Assembly: GCF_003334255.1 (NCBI RefSeq) | Contig: NZ_QOWU01000003.1 | DNA length: 64,000 bases | Source: Escherichia coli | GTDB lineage: Bacteria > Pseudomonadota > Gammaproteobacteria > Enterobacterales > Enterobacteriaceae | Reading direction: 5' to 3' (one strand) | Shown here: piece after piece, positions 55,541-64,000 of the stretch | Numbering within the stretch: position 1 is the stretch's first letter | How the letters are laid out: each line of letters begins with the position of its first letter | Position numbers and translations under genes: made by a program | The notes under the pieces: generated by a model | Database searches by the model: none | Seen by the model: only the letters and a program-made list of their open reading frames with translations | Told to the model about the DNA's origin: nothing

Positions 55541-56518
55541 ATGCTTTTAGCTACGGCACTGTTAATTGTTGGTTTACTTTTGGTCGTTTACAGTGCCGAC
55601 CGCCTGGTTTTTGCCGCGTCTATTCTTTGCCGAACCTTTGGCATCCCGCCGCTGATCATCGGCATGACGGTGGTCAGTATTGGTACATCGTTACCAGAAG
55701 TCATCGTCTCGCTTGCCGCGTCTCTGCACGAACAACGCGATTTAGCCGTTGGTACAGCCCTCGGCTCAAACATTATCAATATATTGCTGATCCTCGGTCT
55801 GGCTGCGCTGGTTCGTCCTTTTACCGTCCATTCTGATGTTCTACGCCGTGAATTACCCTTAATGTTGTTGGTCAGCGTGGTGGCCGGTTCCGTACTCTAT
55901 GACGGACAACTTAGTCGCAGCGATGGTATCTTTCTCCTCTTTCTGGCTGTGCTATGGCTGCTGTTCATTGTTAAACTTGCACGTCAGGCTGAACGTCAGG
56001 GGACTGACAGCCTGACCAGAGAGCAGCTTGCAGAGCTGCCGCGTGACGGCGGATTGCCCGTCGCGTTTTTATGGCTCGGCATTGCGCTTATCATCATGCC
56101 AGTGGCCACGCGGATGGTGGTTGATAACGCCACGGTGCTGGCGAATTACTTTGCCATCAGCGAGTTGACGATGGGTCTGACGGCAATTGCTATCGGAACC
56201 AGCCTGCCGGAACTGGCAACCGCAATAGCGGGGGTTCGCAAAGGTGAAAACGACATTGCTGTCGGAAATATCATTGGCGCAAACATTTTTAATATTGTCA
56301 TCGTGTTGGGTTTACCCGCGCTGATAACGCCAGGAGAGATTGATCCACTGGCGTACAGTCGTGACTACAGCGTGATGTTGCTGGTGAGCATTATTTTTGC
56401 GTTGCTGTGCTGGCGGCGCTCCCCGCAACCGGGCCGTGGTGTAGGGGGATTATTAACTGGCGGATTTATCGTATGGCTGGCGATGTTGTACTGGTTATCG
56501 CCAATACTCGTTGAATAA
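55541..56518 (+). CDS. yrbG: Na+/Ca2+ exchanger (CaCA) family inner membrane protein
   Basis: 325 aa; duplicated alpha-repeat motifs (GTSLPE). Confidence 0.9.
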   Translation: MLLATALLIVGLLLVVYSADRLVFAASILCRTFGIPPLIIGMTVVSIGTSLPEVIVSLAASLHEQRDLAVGTALGSNIINILLILGLAALVRPFTVHSDVLRRELPLMLLVSVVAGSVLYDGQLSRSDGIFLLFLAVLWLLFIVKLARQAERQGTDSLTREQLAELPRDGGLPVAFLWLGIALIIMPVATRMVVDNATVLANYFAISELTMGLTAIAIGTSLPELATAIAGVRKGENDIAVGNIIGANIFNIVIVLGLPALITPGEIDPLAYSRDYSVMLLVSIIFALLCWRRSPQPGRGVGGLLTGGFIVWLAMLYWLSPILVE

Positions 56519-56531
56519 CTGGAAACGCATT

Positions 56532-57518
56532 ATGTCGCACGTAGAGTTACAACCGGGTTTTGACTTTCAGCAAGCAGGTAAAGAAGTCCTGGCGATTGAA
56601 CGTGAATGCCTGGCGGAGCTTGATCAATACATCAATCAGAATTTCACGCTTGCCTGTGAAAAGATGTTCTGGTGTAAAGGGAAAGTTGTCGTCATGGGGA
56701 TGGGAAAATCGGGGCATATTGGGCGAAAAATGGCGGCAACGTTTGCCAGCACCGGTACACCTTCATTTTTCGTCCATCCTGGTGAAGCCGCGCATGGTGA
56801 TTTAGGCATGGTTACCCCACAGGATGTGGTGATTGCTATCTCTAACTCTGGTGAATCCAGCGAAATCACGGCCTTAATTCCAGTGCTTAAGCGTCTTCAC
56901 GTACCGTTAATCTGCATCACCGGTCGCCCGGAGAGCAGCATGGCGCGCGCCGCAGATGTGCATCTGTGTGTTAAAGTAGCGAAAGAAGCCTGTCCGTTAG
57001 GGCTGGCACCGACCAGCAGCACCACCGCCACGCTGGTTATGGGCGATGCCCTCGCTGTCGCGCTGTTAAAAGCACGCGGCTTTACTGCTGAAGATTTTGC
57101 GCTCTCACACCCAGGCGGCGCACTGGGTCGTAAACTTCTGCTGCGCGTAAACGATATTATGCATACGGGCGATGAGATCCCGCATGTTAAGAAAACGGCC
57201 AGTCTGCGTGACGCGTTGCTGGAAGTTACCCGCAAAAATCTTGGTATGACTGTCATTTGCGATGACAATATGATGATTGAAGGCATCTTTACCGACGGTG
57301 ATTTACGCCGTGTCTTCGATATGGGCGTGGATGTTCGTCAGTTAAGTATTGCCGATGTGATGACGCCGGGGGGAATACGTGTGCGCCCTGGCATTCTGGC
57401 CGTTGAGGCACTGAACTTAATGCAGTCCCGCCATATCACCTCCGTGATGGTTGCCGATGGCGACCATTTACTCGGTGTGTTACATATGCATGATTTACTG
57501 CGTGCAGGCGTAGTGTAA
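56532..57518 (+). CDS. kdsD: D-arabinose 5-phosphate isomerase (SIS + CBS domains)
   Basis: 328 aa from ATG 56532 (MSHVELQPGFDFQQAGKEVLAIE…). Confidence 0.95.
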   Translation: MSHVELQPGFDFQQAGKEVLAIERECLAELDQYINQNFTLACEKMFWCKGKVVVMGMGKSGHIGRKMAATFASTGTPSFFVHPGEAAHGDLGMVTPQDVVIAISNSGESSEITALIPVLKRLHVPLICITGRPESSMARAADVHLCVKVAKEACPLGLAPTSSTTATLVMGDALAVALLKARGFTAEDFALSHPGGALGRKLLLRVNDIMHTGDEIPHVKKTASLRDALLEVTRKNLGMTVICDDNMMIEGIFTDGDLRRVFDMGVDVRQLSIADVMTPGGIRVRPGILAVEALNLMQSRHITSVMVADGDHLLGVLHMHDLLRAGVV

Positions 57519-57538
57519 AGATTCAAGGATAAACAACA

Positions 57539-58105
57539 ATGAGCAAAGCAGGTGCGTCGCTTGCGACCTGTTACGGCCCTGTCAGCGCCGACGTTATAGC
57601 AAAAGCAGAGAACATTCGTCTGCTGATCCTCGATGTCGATGGCGTACTGTCAGATGGCCTGATTTATATGGGCAATAATGGCGAAGAGCTGAAAGCGTTC
57701 AATGTTCGTGACGGTTATGGCATTCGTTGTGCGCTCACCTCTGATATTGAAGTCGCTATCATTACCGGGCGAAAGGCTAAACTGGTAGAAGATCGTTGTG
57801 CCACATTGGGGATCACTCACTTGTATCAGGGGCAGTCAAACAAACTGATCGCCTTTAGCGATCTGCTGGAAAAACTGGCGATTGCCCCGGAAAATGTGGC
57901 TTATGTCGGCGATGATCTCATCGACTGGCCGGTAATGGAAAAAGTGGGTTTAAGCGTCGCCGTGGCCGATGCGCATCCACTGTTGATCCCGCGCGCCGAT
58001 TACGTGACGCGCATTGCTGGCGGTCGTGGCGCAGTGCGCGAAGTTTGCGACTTATTACTCCTGGCGCAGGGCAAACTGGATGAAGCCAAAGGGCAATCGA
58101 TATGA
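57539..58105 (+). CDS. kdsC: KDO 8-phosphate phosphatase (HAD family)
   Basis: 188 aa; HAD motif LLILDVDGVLSDG. Confidence 0.95.
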   Translation: MSKAGASLATCYGPVSADVIAKAENIRLLILDVDGVLSDGLIYMGNNGEELKAFNVRDGYGIRCALTSDIEVAIITGRKAKLVEDRCATLGITHLYQGQSNKLIAFSDLLEKLAIAPENVAYVGDDLIDWPVMEKVGLSVAVADAHPLLIPRADYVTRIAGGRGAVREVCDLLLLAQGKLDEAKGQSI

Positions 58106-58677
58106 GTAAAGCCAGACGTTGGGTTATCATTGTGCTATCACTGGCGGTTCTGGTGATGATCGGCATTAATATGGCCGAAAAAGACGATACCGCCCAGGTG
58201 GTCGTCAACAACAATGATCCCACCTATAAAAGCGAGCATACGGACACGCTCGTCTATAACCCAGAAGGGGCACTAAGCTATCGATTGATTGCTCAACACG
58301 TTGAATATTATTCCGATCAGGCCGTTTCGTGGTTTACGCAGCCGGTACTTACCACGTTTGATAAGGATAAAATCCCGACATGGTCCGTAAAAGCAGATAA
58401 AGCCAAGCTGACCAATGACCGGATGCTCTATTTATATGGACACGTTGAAGTCAACGCACTTGTGCCAGACTCTCAACTTCGCAGAATCACGACGGATAAC
58501 GCGCAGATCAATCTGGTGACGCAGGATGTTACCTCTGAAGACCTCGTCACGTTATACGGAACAACATTTAACTCCAGCGGTCTGAAAATGCGCGGCAACT
58601 TACGCAGCAAGAACGCCGAGCTGATTGAAAAGGTTAGAACATCCTATGAAATTCAAAACAAACAAACTCAGCCTTAA
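58102..58677 (+). CDS. lptC: LPS export inner-membrane anchored protein LptC
   Basis: 191 aa; ATGA overlap with kdsC stop. Confidence 0.95.
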   Translation: MSKARRWVIIVLSLAVLVMIGINMAEKDDTAQVVVNNNDPTYKSEHTDTLVYNPEGALSYRLIAQHVEYYSDQAVSWFTQPVLTTFDKDKIPTWSVKADKAKLTNDRMLYLYGHVEVNALVPDSQLRRITTDNAQINLVTQDVTSEDLVTLYGTTFNSSGLKMRGNLRSKNAELIEKVRTSYEIQNKQTQP

Positions 58678-59203
58678 TCTTGTGCTTGCCAGCTCACTTC
58701 TGGCCGCCAGCATTCCGGCATTTGCCGTAACCGGAGACACTGATCAGCCGATCCACATTGAATCGGACCAGCAATCTCTTGATATGCAAGGCAACGTGGT
58801 TACCTTTACCGGTAATGTCATCGTCACCCAGGGCACCATCAAAATTAATGCCGACAAAGTGGTCGTTACCCGTCCGGGCGGCGAACAAGGTAAAGAAGTG
58901 ATTGACGGCTACGGTAAACCGGCAACGTTCTACCAGATGCAGGACAACGGTAAACCCGTTGAAGGTCACGCTTCCCAGATGCACTACGAACTGGCAAAAG
59001 ATTTTGTCGTTCTGACGGGTAATGCTTATCTGCAGCAGGTCGATAGCAACATTAAGGGCGATAAGATCACTTACCTGGTGAAAGAGCAGAAAATGCAGGC
59101 TTTCAGCGACAAAGGCAAGCGCGTAACAACCGTTCTGGTGCCGTCGCAGCTGCAGGACAAAAACAACAAAGGCCAGACCCCGGCACAGAAGAAGGGTAAT
59201 TAA
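58646..59203 (+). CDS. lptA: Periplasmic LPS-binding protein LptA
   Basis: 185 aa from ATG 58646 (MKFKTNKLSLNLVLASSLLAASIPAFA); overlaps lptC by 32 nt. Confidence 0.95.
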   Translation: MKFKTNKLSLNLVLASSLLAASIPAFAVTGDTDQPIHIESDQQSLDMQGNVVTFTGNVIVTQGTIKINADKVVVTRPGGEQGKEVIDGYGKPATFYQMQDNGKPVEGHASQMHYELAKDFVVLTGNAYLQQVDSNIKGDKITYLVKEQKMQAFSDKGKRVTTVLVPSQLQDKNNKGQTPAQKKGN

Positions 59204-59209
59204 TTCGTT

Positions 59210-59935
59210 ATGGCAACATTAACTGCAAAGAACCTTGCAAAAGCCTATAAAGGCCGTCGCGTGGTAGAAGACGTCAGCCTGACCGTCAACTCCGGGGAAA
59301 TTGTCGGTCTGCTGGGGCCAAACGGTGCCGGTAAGACCACCACTTTCTACATGGTTGTAGGCATTGTGCCGCGCGATGCGGGCAACATCATTATTGATGA
59401 TGACGATATCAGTCTGCTGCCTCTGCATGCACGCGCGCGCCGCGGTATCGGCTATCTGCCACAGGAAGCCTCCATTTTCCGTCGCCTCAGCGTTTACGAT
59501 AACCTGATGGCGGTACTGCAAATTCGTGACGACTTGTCTGCTGAACAACGTGAAGACCGCGCGAACGAGCTGATGGAAGAGTTTCACATTGAGCACCTGC
59601 GTGACAGCATGGGGCAGTCACTCTCCGGGGGTGAACGTCGCCGTGTAGAAATTGCCCGCGCACTGGCTGCGAATCCGAAATTTATTCTGCTCGACGAACC
59701 GTTTGCCGGGGTTGACCCGATCTCGGTTATCGACATTAAACGCATCATTGAGCACCTGCGCGACAGCGGCCTGGGCGTGCTGATCACTGACCACAACGTG
59801 CGTGAAACACTGGCGGTTTGTGAACGCGCTTATATCGTCAGTCAGGGGCATTTGATCGCCCACGGCACGCCTACAGAAATCTTACAAGACGAACACGTTA
59901 AGCGTGTATACCTTGGGGAAGACTTCAGACTCTGA
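59210..59935 (+). CDS. lptB: LPS export ABC transporter ATPase LptB
   Basis: 241 aa; Walker A (GPNGAGKTT), signature LSGGERRR. Confidence 0.97.
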
Positions 59936-59982
59936 TAGGGTAGAAGTTTGCGACGTTTTAGCAGGAGAGTACGATTCTGAAC

Positions 59983-61416
59983 ATGAAGCAAGGTTTGCAA
60001 CTCAGGCTTAGCCAACAACTGGCGATGACGCCACAGCTCCAACAGGCAATTCGTCTGTTGCAGTTGTCGACGCTGGAACTTCAGCAGGAGCTACAGCAGG
60101 CGCTGGAGAGTAATCCGCTGCTTGAGCAAATCGACACTCATGAAGAAATCGACACCCGCGAAACGCAAGACAGTGAAACGCTGGACACCGCCGACGCGCT
60201 CGAACAAAAAGAGATGCCGGAAGAGCTGCCGCTCGATGCCAGTTGGGACACCATTTACACCGCTGGTACACCATCCGGCACCAGCGGTGACTACATTGAC
60301 GACGAGCTGCCGGTCTACCAGGGCGAAACGACGCAGACCTTGCAGGATTACCTGATGTGGCAGGTTGAGCTGACACCGTTTTCCGACACTGACCGCGCTA
60401 TTGCTACCTCTATCGTCGATGCCGTTGATGAAACCGGTTATCTGACTGTCCCGCTGGAAGATATTCTCGAAAGTATAGGCGATGAAGAGATCGACATCGA
60501 CGAAGTTGAAGCCGTCCTTAAGCGGATCCAACGGTTTGATCCGGTCGGTGTGGCGGCAAAAGATCTGCGTGACTGTCTGCTGATCCAACTCTCCCAATTC
60601 GATAAGACCACGCCGTGGCTGGAAGAGGCCAGACTGATCATTAGCGATCATCTCGATCTGTTAGCCAATCACGACTTCCGCACTTTAATGCGCGTCACGC
60701 GTCTGAAAGAAGATGTGCTGAAAGAAGCCGTCAATCTGATCCAGTCGCTCGATCCGCGCCCCGGGCAGTCGATCCAGACTGGCGAACCTGAGTATGTCAT
60801 TCCAGATGTGCTGGTGCGTAAGCATAACGGTCACTGGACGGTAGAACTCAACAGTGACAGCATTCCGCGTCTGCAAATCAACCAGCACTACGCCTCGATG
60901 TGCAATAACGCGCGCAACGATGGTGACAGCCAGTTTATCCGCAGCAATCTGCAGGATGCCAAATGGTTGATCAAGAGTCTGGAAAGCCGTAACGATACGC
61001 TACTGCGCGTGAGTCGCTGTATCGTTGAACAGCAGCAAGCCTTCTTTGAGCAAGGTGAAGAATATATGAAACCGATGGTACTGGCCGATATCGCCCAGGC
61101 TGTCGAAATGCATGAATCGACGATATCTCGCGTGACCACGCAAAAATACCTGCATAGTCCACGAGGCATTTTTGAACTGAAGTATTTCTTTTCCAGTCAC
61201 GTCAATACCGAGGGCGGCGGCGAAGCTTCCTCCACGGCGATTCGTGCGCTGGTGAAGAAATTAATCGCGGCGGAAAACCCAGCGAAACCGTTGAGCGACA
61301 GCAAGTTAACCTCTTTGCTGTCGGAACAAGGTATCATGGTGGCACGCCGCACTGTTGCGAAGTACCGAGAGTCTTTATCCATTCCGCCGTCAAACCAGCG
61401 TAAACAACTCGTTTGA
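59983..61416 (+). CDS. rpoN: RNA polymerase sigma-54 factor
   Basis: 477 aa; Gln-rich N-terminus and RpoN box ([10 protein letters not shown]). Confidence 0.97.
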   Translation: MKQGLQLRLSQQLAMTPQLQQAIRLLQLSTLELQQELQQALESNPLLEQIDTHEEIDTRETQDSETLDTADALEQKEMPEELPLDASWDTIYTAGTPSGTSGDYIDDELPVYQGETTQTLQDYLMWQVELTPFSDTDRAIATSIVDAVDETGYLTVPLEDILESIGDEEIDIDEVEAVLKRIQRFDPVGVAAKDLRDCLLIQLSQFDKTTPWLEEARLIISDHLDLLANHDFRTLMRVTRLKEDVLKEAVNLIQSLDPRPGQSIQTGEPEYVIPDVLVRKHNGHWTVELNSDSIPRLQINQHYASMCNNARNDGDSQFIRSNLQDAKWLIKSLESRNDTLLRVSRCIVEQQQAFFEQGEEYMKPMVLADIAQAVEMHESTISRVTTQKYLHSPRGIFELKYFFSSHVNTEGGGEASSTAIRALVKKLIAAENPAKPLSDSKLTSLLSEQGIMVARRTVAKYRESLSIPPSNQRKQLV

Positions 61417-61438
61417 CCCAACCGATAAGGAAGACACT

Positions 61439-61726
61439 ATGCAGCTCAACATTACCGGAAATAACGTCGAGATCACCGAGGCACTGCGCGAATTTGTTAC
61501 AGCCAAATTTGCCAAACTTGAGCAATATTTTGACCGAATCAACCAGGTCTATGTTGTTCTGAAAGTGGAGAAAGTCACCCACACCTCAGATGCAACACTG
61601 CATGTAAACGGTGGTGAAATTCATGCCAGCGCGGAAGGTCAGGACATGTACGCTGCCATTGATGGCTTAATTGATAAGCTGGCACGCCAGTTGACCAAAC
61701 ATAAAGATAAACTGAAACAACACTAA
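61439..61726 (+). CDS. hpf: Ribosome hibernation promoting factor
   Basis: 95 aa from ATG 61439 (MQLNITGNNVEITEALREFVTAKFAKLEQYF…). Confidence 0.95.
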   Translation: MQLNITGNNVEITEALREFVTAKFAKLEQYFDRINQVYVVLKVEKVTHTSDATLHVNGGEIHASAEGQDMYAAIDGLIDKLARQLTKHKDKLKQH

Positions 61727-61843
61727 TTGTCCGGGCAATTAGCATGTGCATGGCGGCCTGTTGTGCGGCACAACGGGCCATTTGTACGGTTAATGCTCCG
61801 AGCCTGTTCCACTGTTTGAGTGGGCAGGTTCTTAGGTGAAATT

Positions 61844-62335
61844 ATGACAAATAATGATACAACTCTACAGCTTAGCAGTGTTCTTAACAGGGAATGTACG
61901 CGAAGCCGCGTCCACTGTCAGAGCAAAAAACGCGCCCTGGAAATCATCAGCGAGCTGGCGGCGAAACAACTTAGCCTGCCGCCTCAGGTGGTTTTTGAAG
62001 CTATCCTGACGCGGGAAAAAATGGGCAGTACCGGTATCGGCAATGGTATTGCCATTCCGCATGGCAAACTGGAAGAAGATACTCTGCGCGCCGTTGGCGT
62101 TTTCGTTCAGCTCGAAACGCCTATAGCTTTCGATGCCATCGACAACCAACCGGTGGACTTACTTTTTGCCCTGCTGGTGCCGGCAGACCAAACTAAAACG
62201 CACCTGCATACTCTGTCGCTGGTGGCGAAACGTCTGGCGGACAAAACCATCTGCCGCCGTTTACGCGCAGCCCAGAGCGATGAAGAGCTGTATCAAATCA
62301 TTACGGATACCGAAGGTACTCCGGATGAAGCGTAG
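61844..62335 (+). CDS. ptsN: Nitrogen-related PTS EIIA(Ntr)
   Basis: 163 aa from ATG 61844 (MTNNDTTLQLSSVLN…GIAIPHG active-site His). Confidence 0.95.
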   Translation: MTNNDTTLQLSSVLNRECTRSRVHCQSKKRALEIISELAAKQLSLPPQVVFEAILTREKMGSTGIGNGIAIPHGKLEEDTLRAVGVFVQLETPIAFDAIDNQPVDLLFALLVPADQTKTHLHTLSLVAKRLADKTICRRLRAAQSDEELYQIITDTEGTPDEA

Positions 62336-62380
62336 TTATTCGGTAATGTCTCTTTTAGACGTTGTGAGGAGAAACAGTAC

Positions 62381-63235
62381 ATGGTACTGATGATCGTCAG
62401 CGGACGTTCAGGTTCAGGTAAATCTGTCGCCCTGCGTGCGCTGGAAGATATGGGTTTTTACTGCGTGGATAACCTTCCCGTAGTGTTGTTACCCGATCTG
62501 GCTCGAACCCTGGCCGATCGCGAGATTTCTGCCGCCGTCAGCATTGATGTTCGTAATATGCCGGAGTCACCAGAAATATTCGAACAGGCGATGAGTAACC
62601 TGCCTGACGCTTTCTCACCGCAACTCCTGTTCCTGGATGCCGACCGTAATACCTTAATTCGTCGTTACAGTGACACGCGCCGACTGCATCCGCTTTCCAG
62701 CAAAAACCTGTCGCTGGAAAGTGCTATCGACAAAGAAAGCGATTTGCTGGAGCCTCTGCGTTCGCGAGCGGATCTGATTGTCGATACCTCAGAAATGTCC
62801 GTTCACGAGCTGGCTGAAATGCTGCGTACCCGTCTGCTGGGTAAACGTGAACGCGAACTGACCATGGTCTTTGAGTCTTTCGGCTTCAAACACGGTATCC
62901 CTATCGATGCAGATTACGTCTTTGACGTGCGCTTCTTGCCGAACCCGCACTGGGATCCGAAACTGCGTCCAATGACAGGTCTTGATAAACCTGTCGCCGC
63001 GTTCCTCGACCGCCACACAGAAGTACACAATTTTATCTACCAGACGCGAAGCTATCTTGAGCTATGGTTACCTATGCTGGAAACCAACAACCGTAGCTAC
63101 TTGACGGTCGCCATTGGTTGTACCGGCGGGAAGCACCGTTCGGTGTATATTGCAGAGCAACTGGCAGACTACTTCCGCTCGCGCGGTAAAAACGTCCAGT
63201 CACGCCATCGTACGCTGGAAAAACGTAAACCATGA
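62381..63235 (+). CDS. rapZ: RNase adapter protein RapZ (P-loop NTPase)
   Basis: 284 aa; Walker A (GRSGSGKS). Confidence 0.95.
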
Positions 63236-63504
63236 CCGTCAAGCAAACTGTTGAAATCACAAACAAGCTGGGCATGCATGCCCGGCCTGCAATGAAGCTG
63301 TTTGAATTAATGCAGGGTTTTGACGCTGAAGTGCTCTTACGTAATGACGAAGGCACCGAGGCTGAAGCCAACAGCGTTATTGCGCTGCTGATGTTGGATT
63401 CTGCCAAAGGACGGCAGATTGAAGTTGAAGCGACCGGTCCACAGGAAGAGGAAGCACTGGCCGCCGTTATCGCCCTCTTTAATTCTGGTTTTGATGAAGA
63501 TTAA
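63232..63504 (+). CDS. npr: Nitrogen-related phosphocarrier protein NPr (HPr-like)
   Basis: 90 aa; HPr fold with active-site His (GMHARPA); ATGA overlap with rapZ. Confidence 0.95.
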
Positions 63505-63650
63505 TCTTCATCACTTTGACATACAACTCCCTTCAAACTCCCCCCGACAATAAGAAAATCACGTACTGAAATCGTTCTCAATCAACGTCATTTGTACATT
63601 TTGTGCGCTTTTCACTTTCAGAAGAACCTTAAGAAAACCTTAAGAGGCAT

Positions 63651-63667
63651 TGTTTAGGTTTTGTTTA
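63651..63667 (+). promoter_or_regulatory. PhoP box (direct repeat TGTTTA-N5-TGTTTA) in yrbL promoter
   Basis: Exact TGTTTAggtttTGTTTA about 50 nt upstream of the yrbL ATG. Confidence 0.75.
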
Positions 63668-63717
63668 AGTTAATCGACCATACTGGAGATCGTCAGAAAA
63701 TATTTCCAGGAGATGGC

Positions 63718-64000
63718 ATGATTCGCTTATCTGAACAAAGTCCCCTGGGCACCGGAAGACATCGGAAATGTTATGCGCATCCGGAAGATGCCCAACGCTG
63801 TATCAAGATTGTCTACCATCGTGGCGATGGTGGCGATAAAGAGATCCGCCGTGAGTTAAAGTACTACGCGCATCTTGGTCGCCGGTTAAAAGACTGGAGT
63901 GGAATACCGCGCTATCACGGTACCGTTGAGACGGATTGCGGAACCGGTTATGTCTACGATGTGATTGCAGATTTTGACGGCAAGCCTTCCATTACGCTGA
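63718..64000 (+). CDS. yrbL: PhoP-regulated protein YrbL (5' part only; continues past window end)
   Basis: ATG at 63718 reads MIRLSEQSPLGTGRHRKCYAHPEDAQRCIKIVYHRGDGGDKEIRRELKYY… open to the window edge. Confidence 0.85.
   Translation, partial: MIRLSEQSPLGTGRHRKCYAHPEDAQRCIKIVYHRGDGGDKEIRRELKYYAHLGRRLKDWSGIPRYHGTVETDCGTGYVYDVIADFDGKPSITL

Overview
This window is collinear, gene for gene, with a well-characterised Escherichia coli K-12-type chromosomal segment; I do not see a novel or undescribed system in it. The gene order is: agaC'-agaD-agaI (GalNAc/galactosamine PTS), the cryptic yraHIJK chaperone-usher fimbrial operon, rsmI, lpoA-yraN-diaA-dolP, yraQ, yraR, yhbO/P/Q/S, ubiT-ubiUV, yhbW, mtr, deaD, nlpI, pnp-rpsO-truB-rbfA-infB-nusA-rimP-metY, argG, yhbX, leuU-secG, glmM-folP-ftsH-rlmE, yhbY, greA, dacB, obgE-yhbE-rpmA-rplU, ispB, sfsB, murA, ibaG, mlaFEDCB, yrbG, kdsDC-lptCAB-rpoN-hpf-ptsN-rapZ-npr and the start of yrbL. 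Gene identities come from recognising the translated ORFs; canonical starts were chosen inside the longest-ORF calls where the known protein is shorter. Every predicted protein length matches what I recall for K-12 except two, which are the most interesting observations: (1) an in-frame TAG at 477-479 splits the agaC IIC reading frame, and (2) the 3' end of rsmI reads in a shifted frame, extending it by 19 codons into yraK. Both could be real mutations or sequencing errors. The accessory-like parts are the AT-rich yraHIJK fimbrial locus and the AT-rich yhbX gene beside tRNA-Leu. No CRISPR array, IS element, integrase or prophage gene was found. All calls rest on reading the sequence and on memory of E. 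coli proteins; no database search was run.
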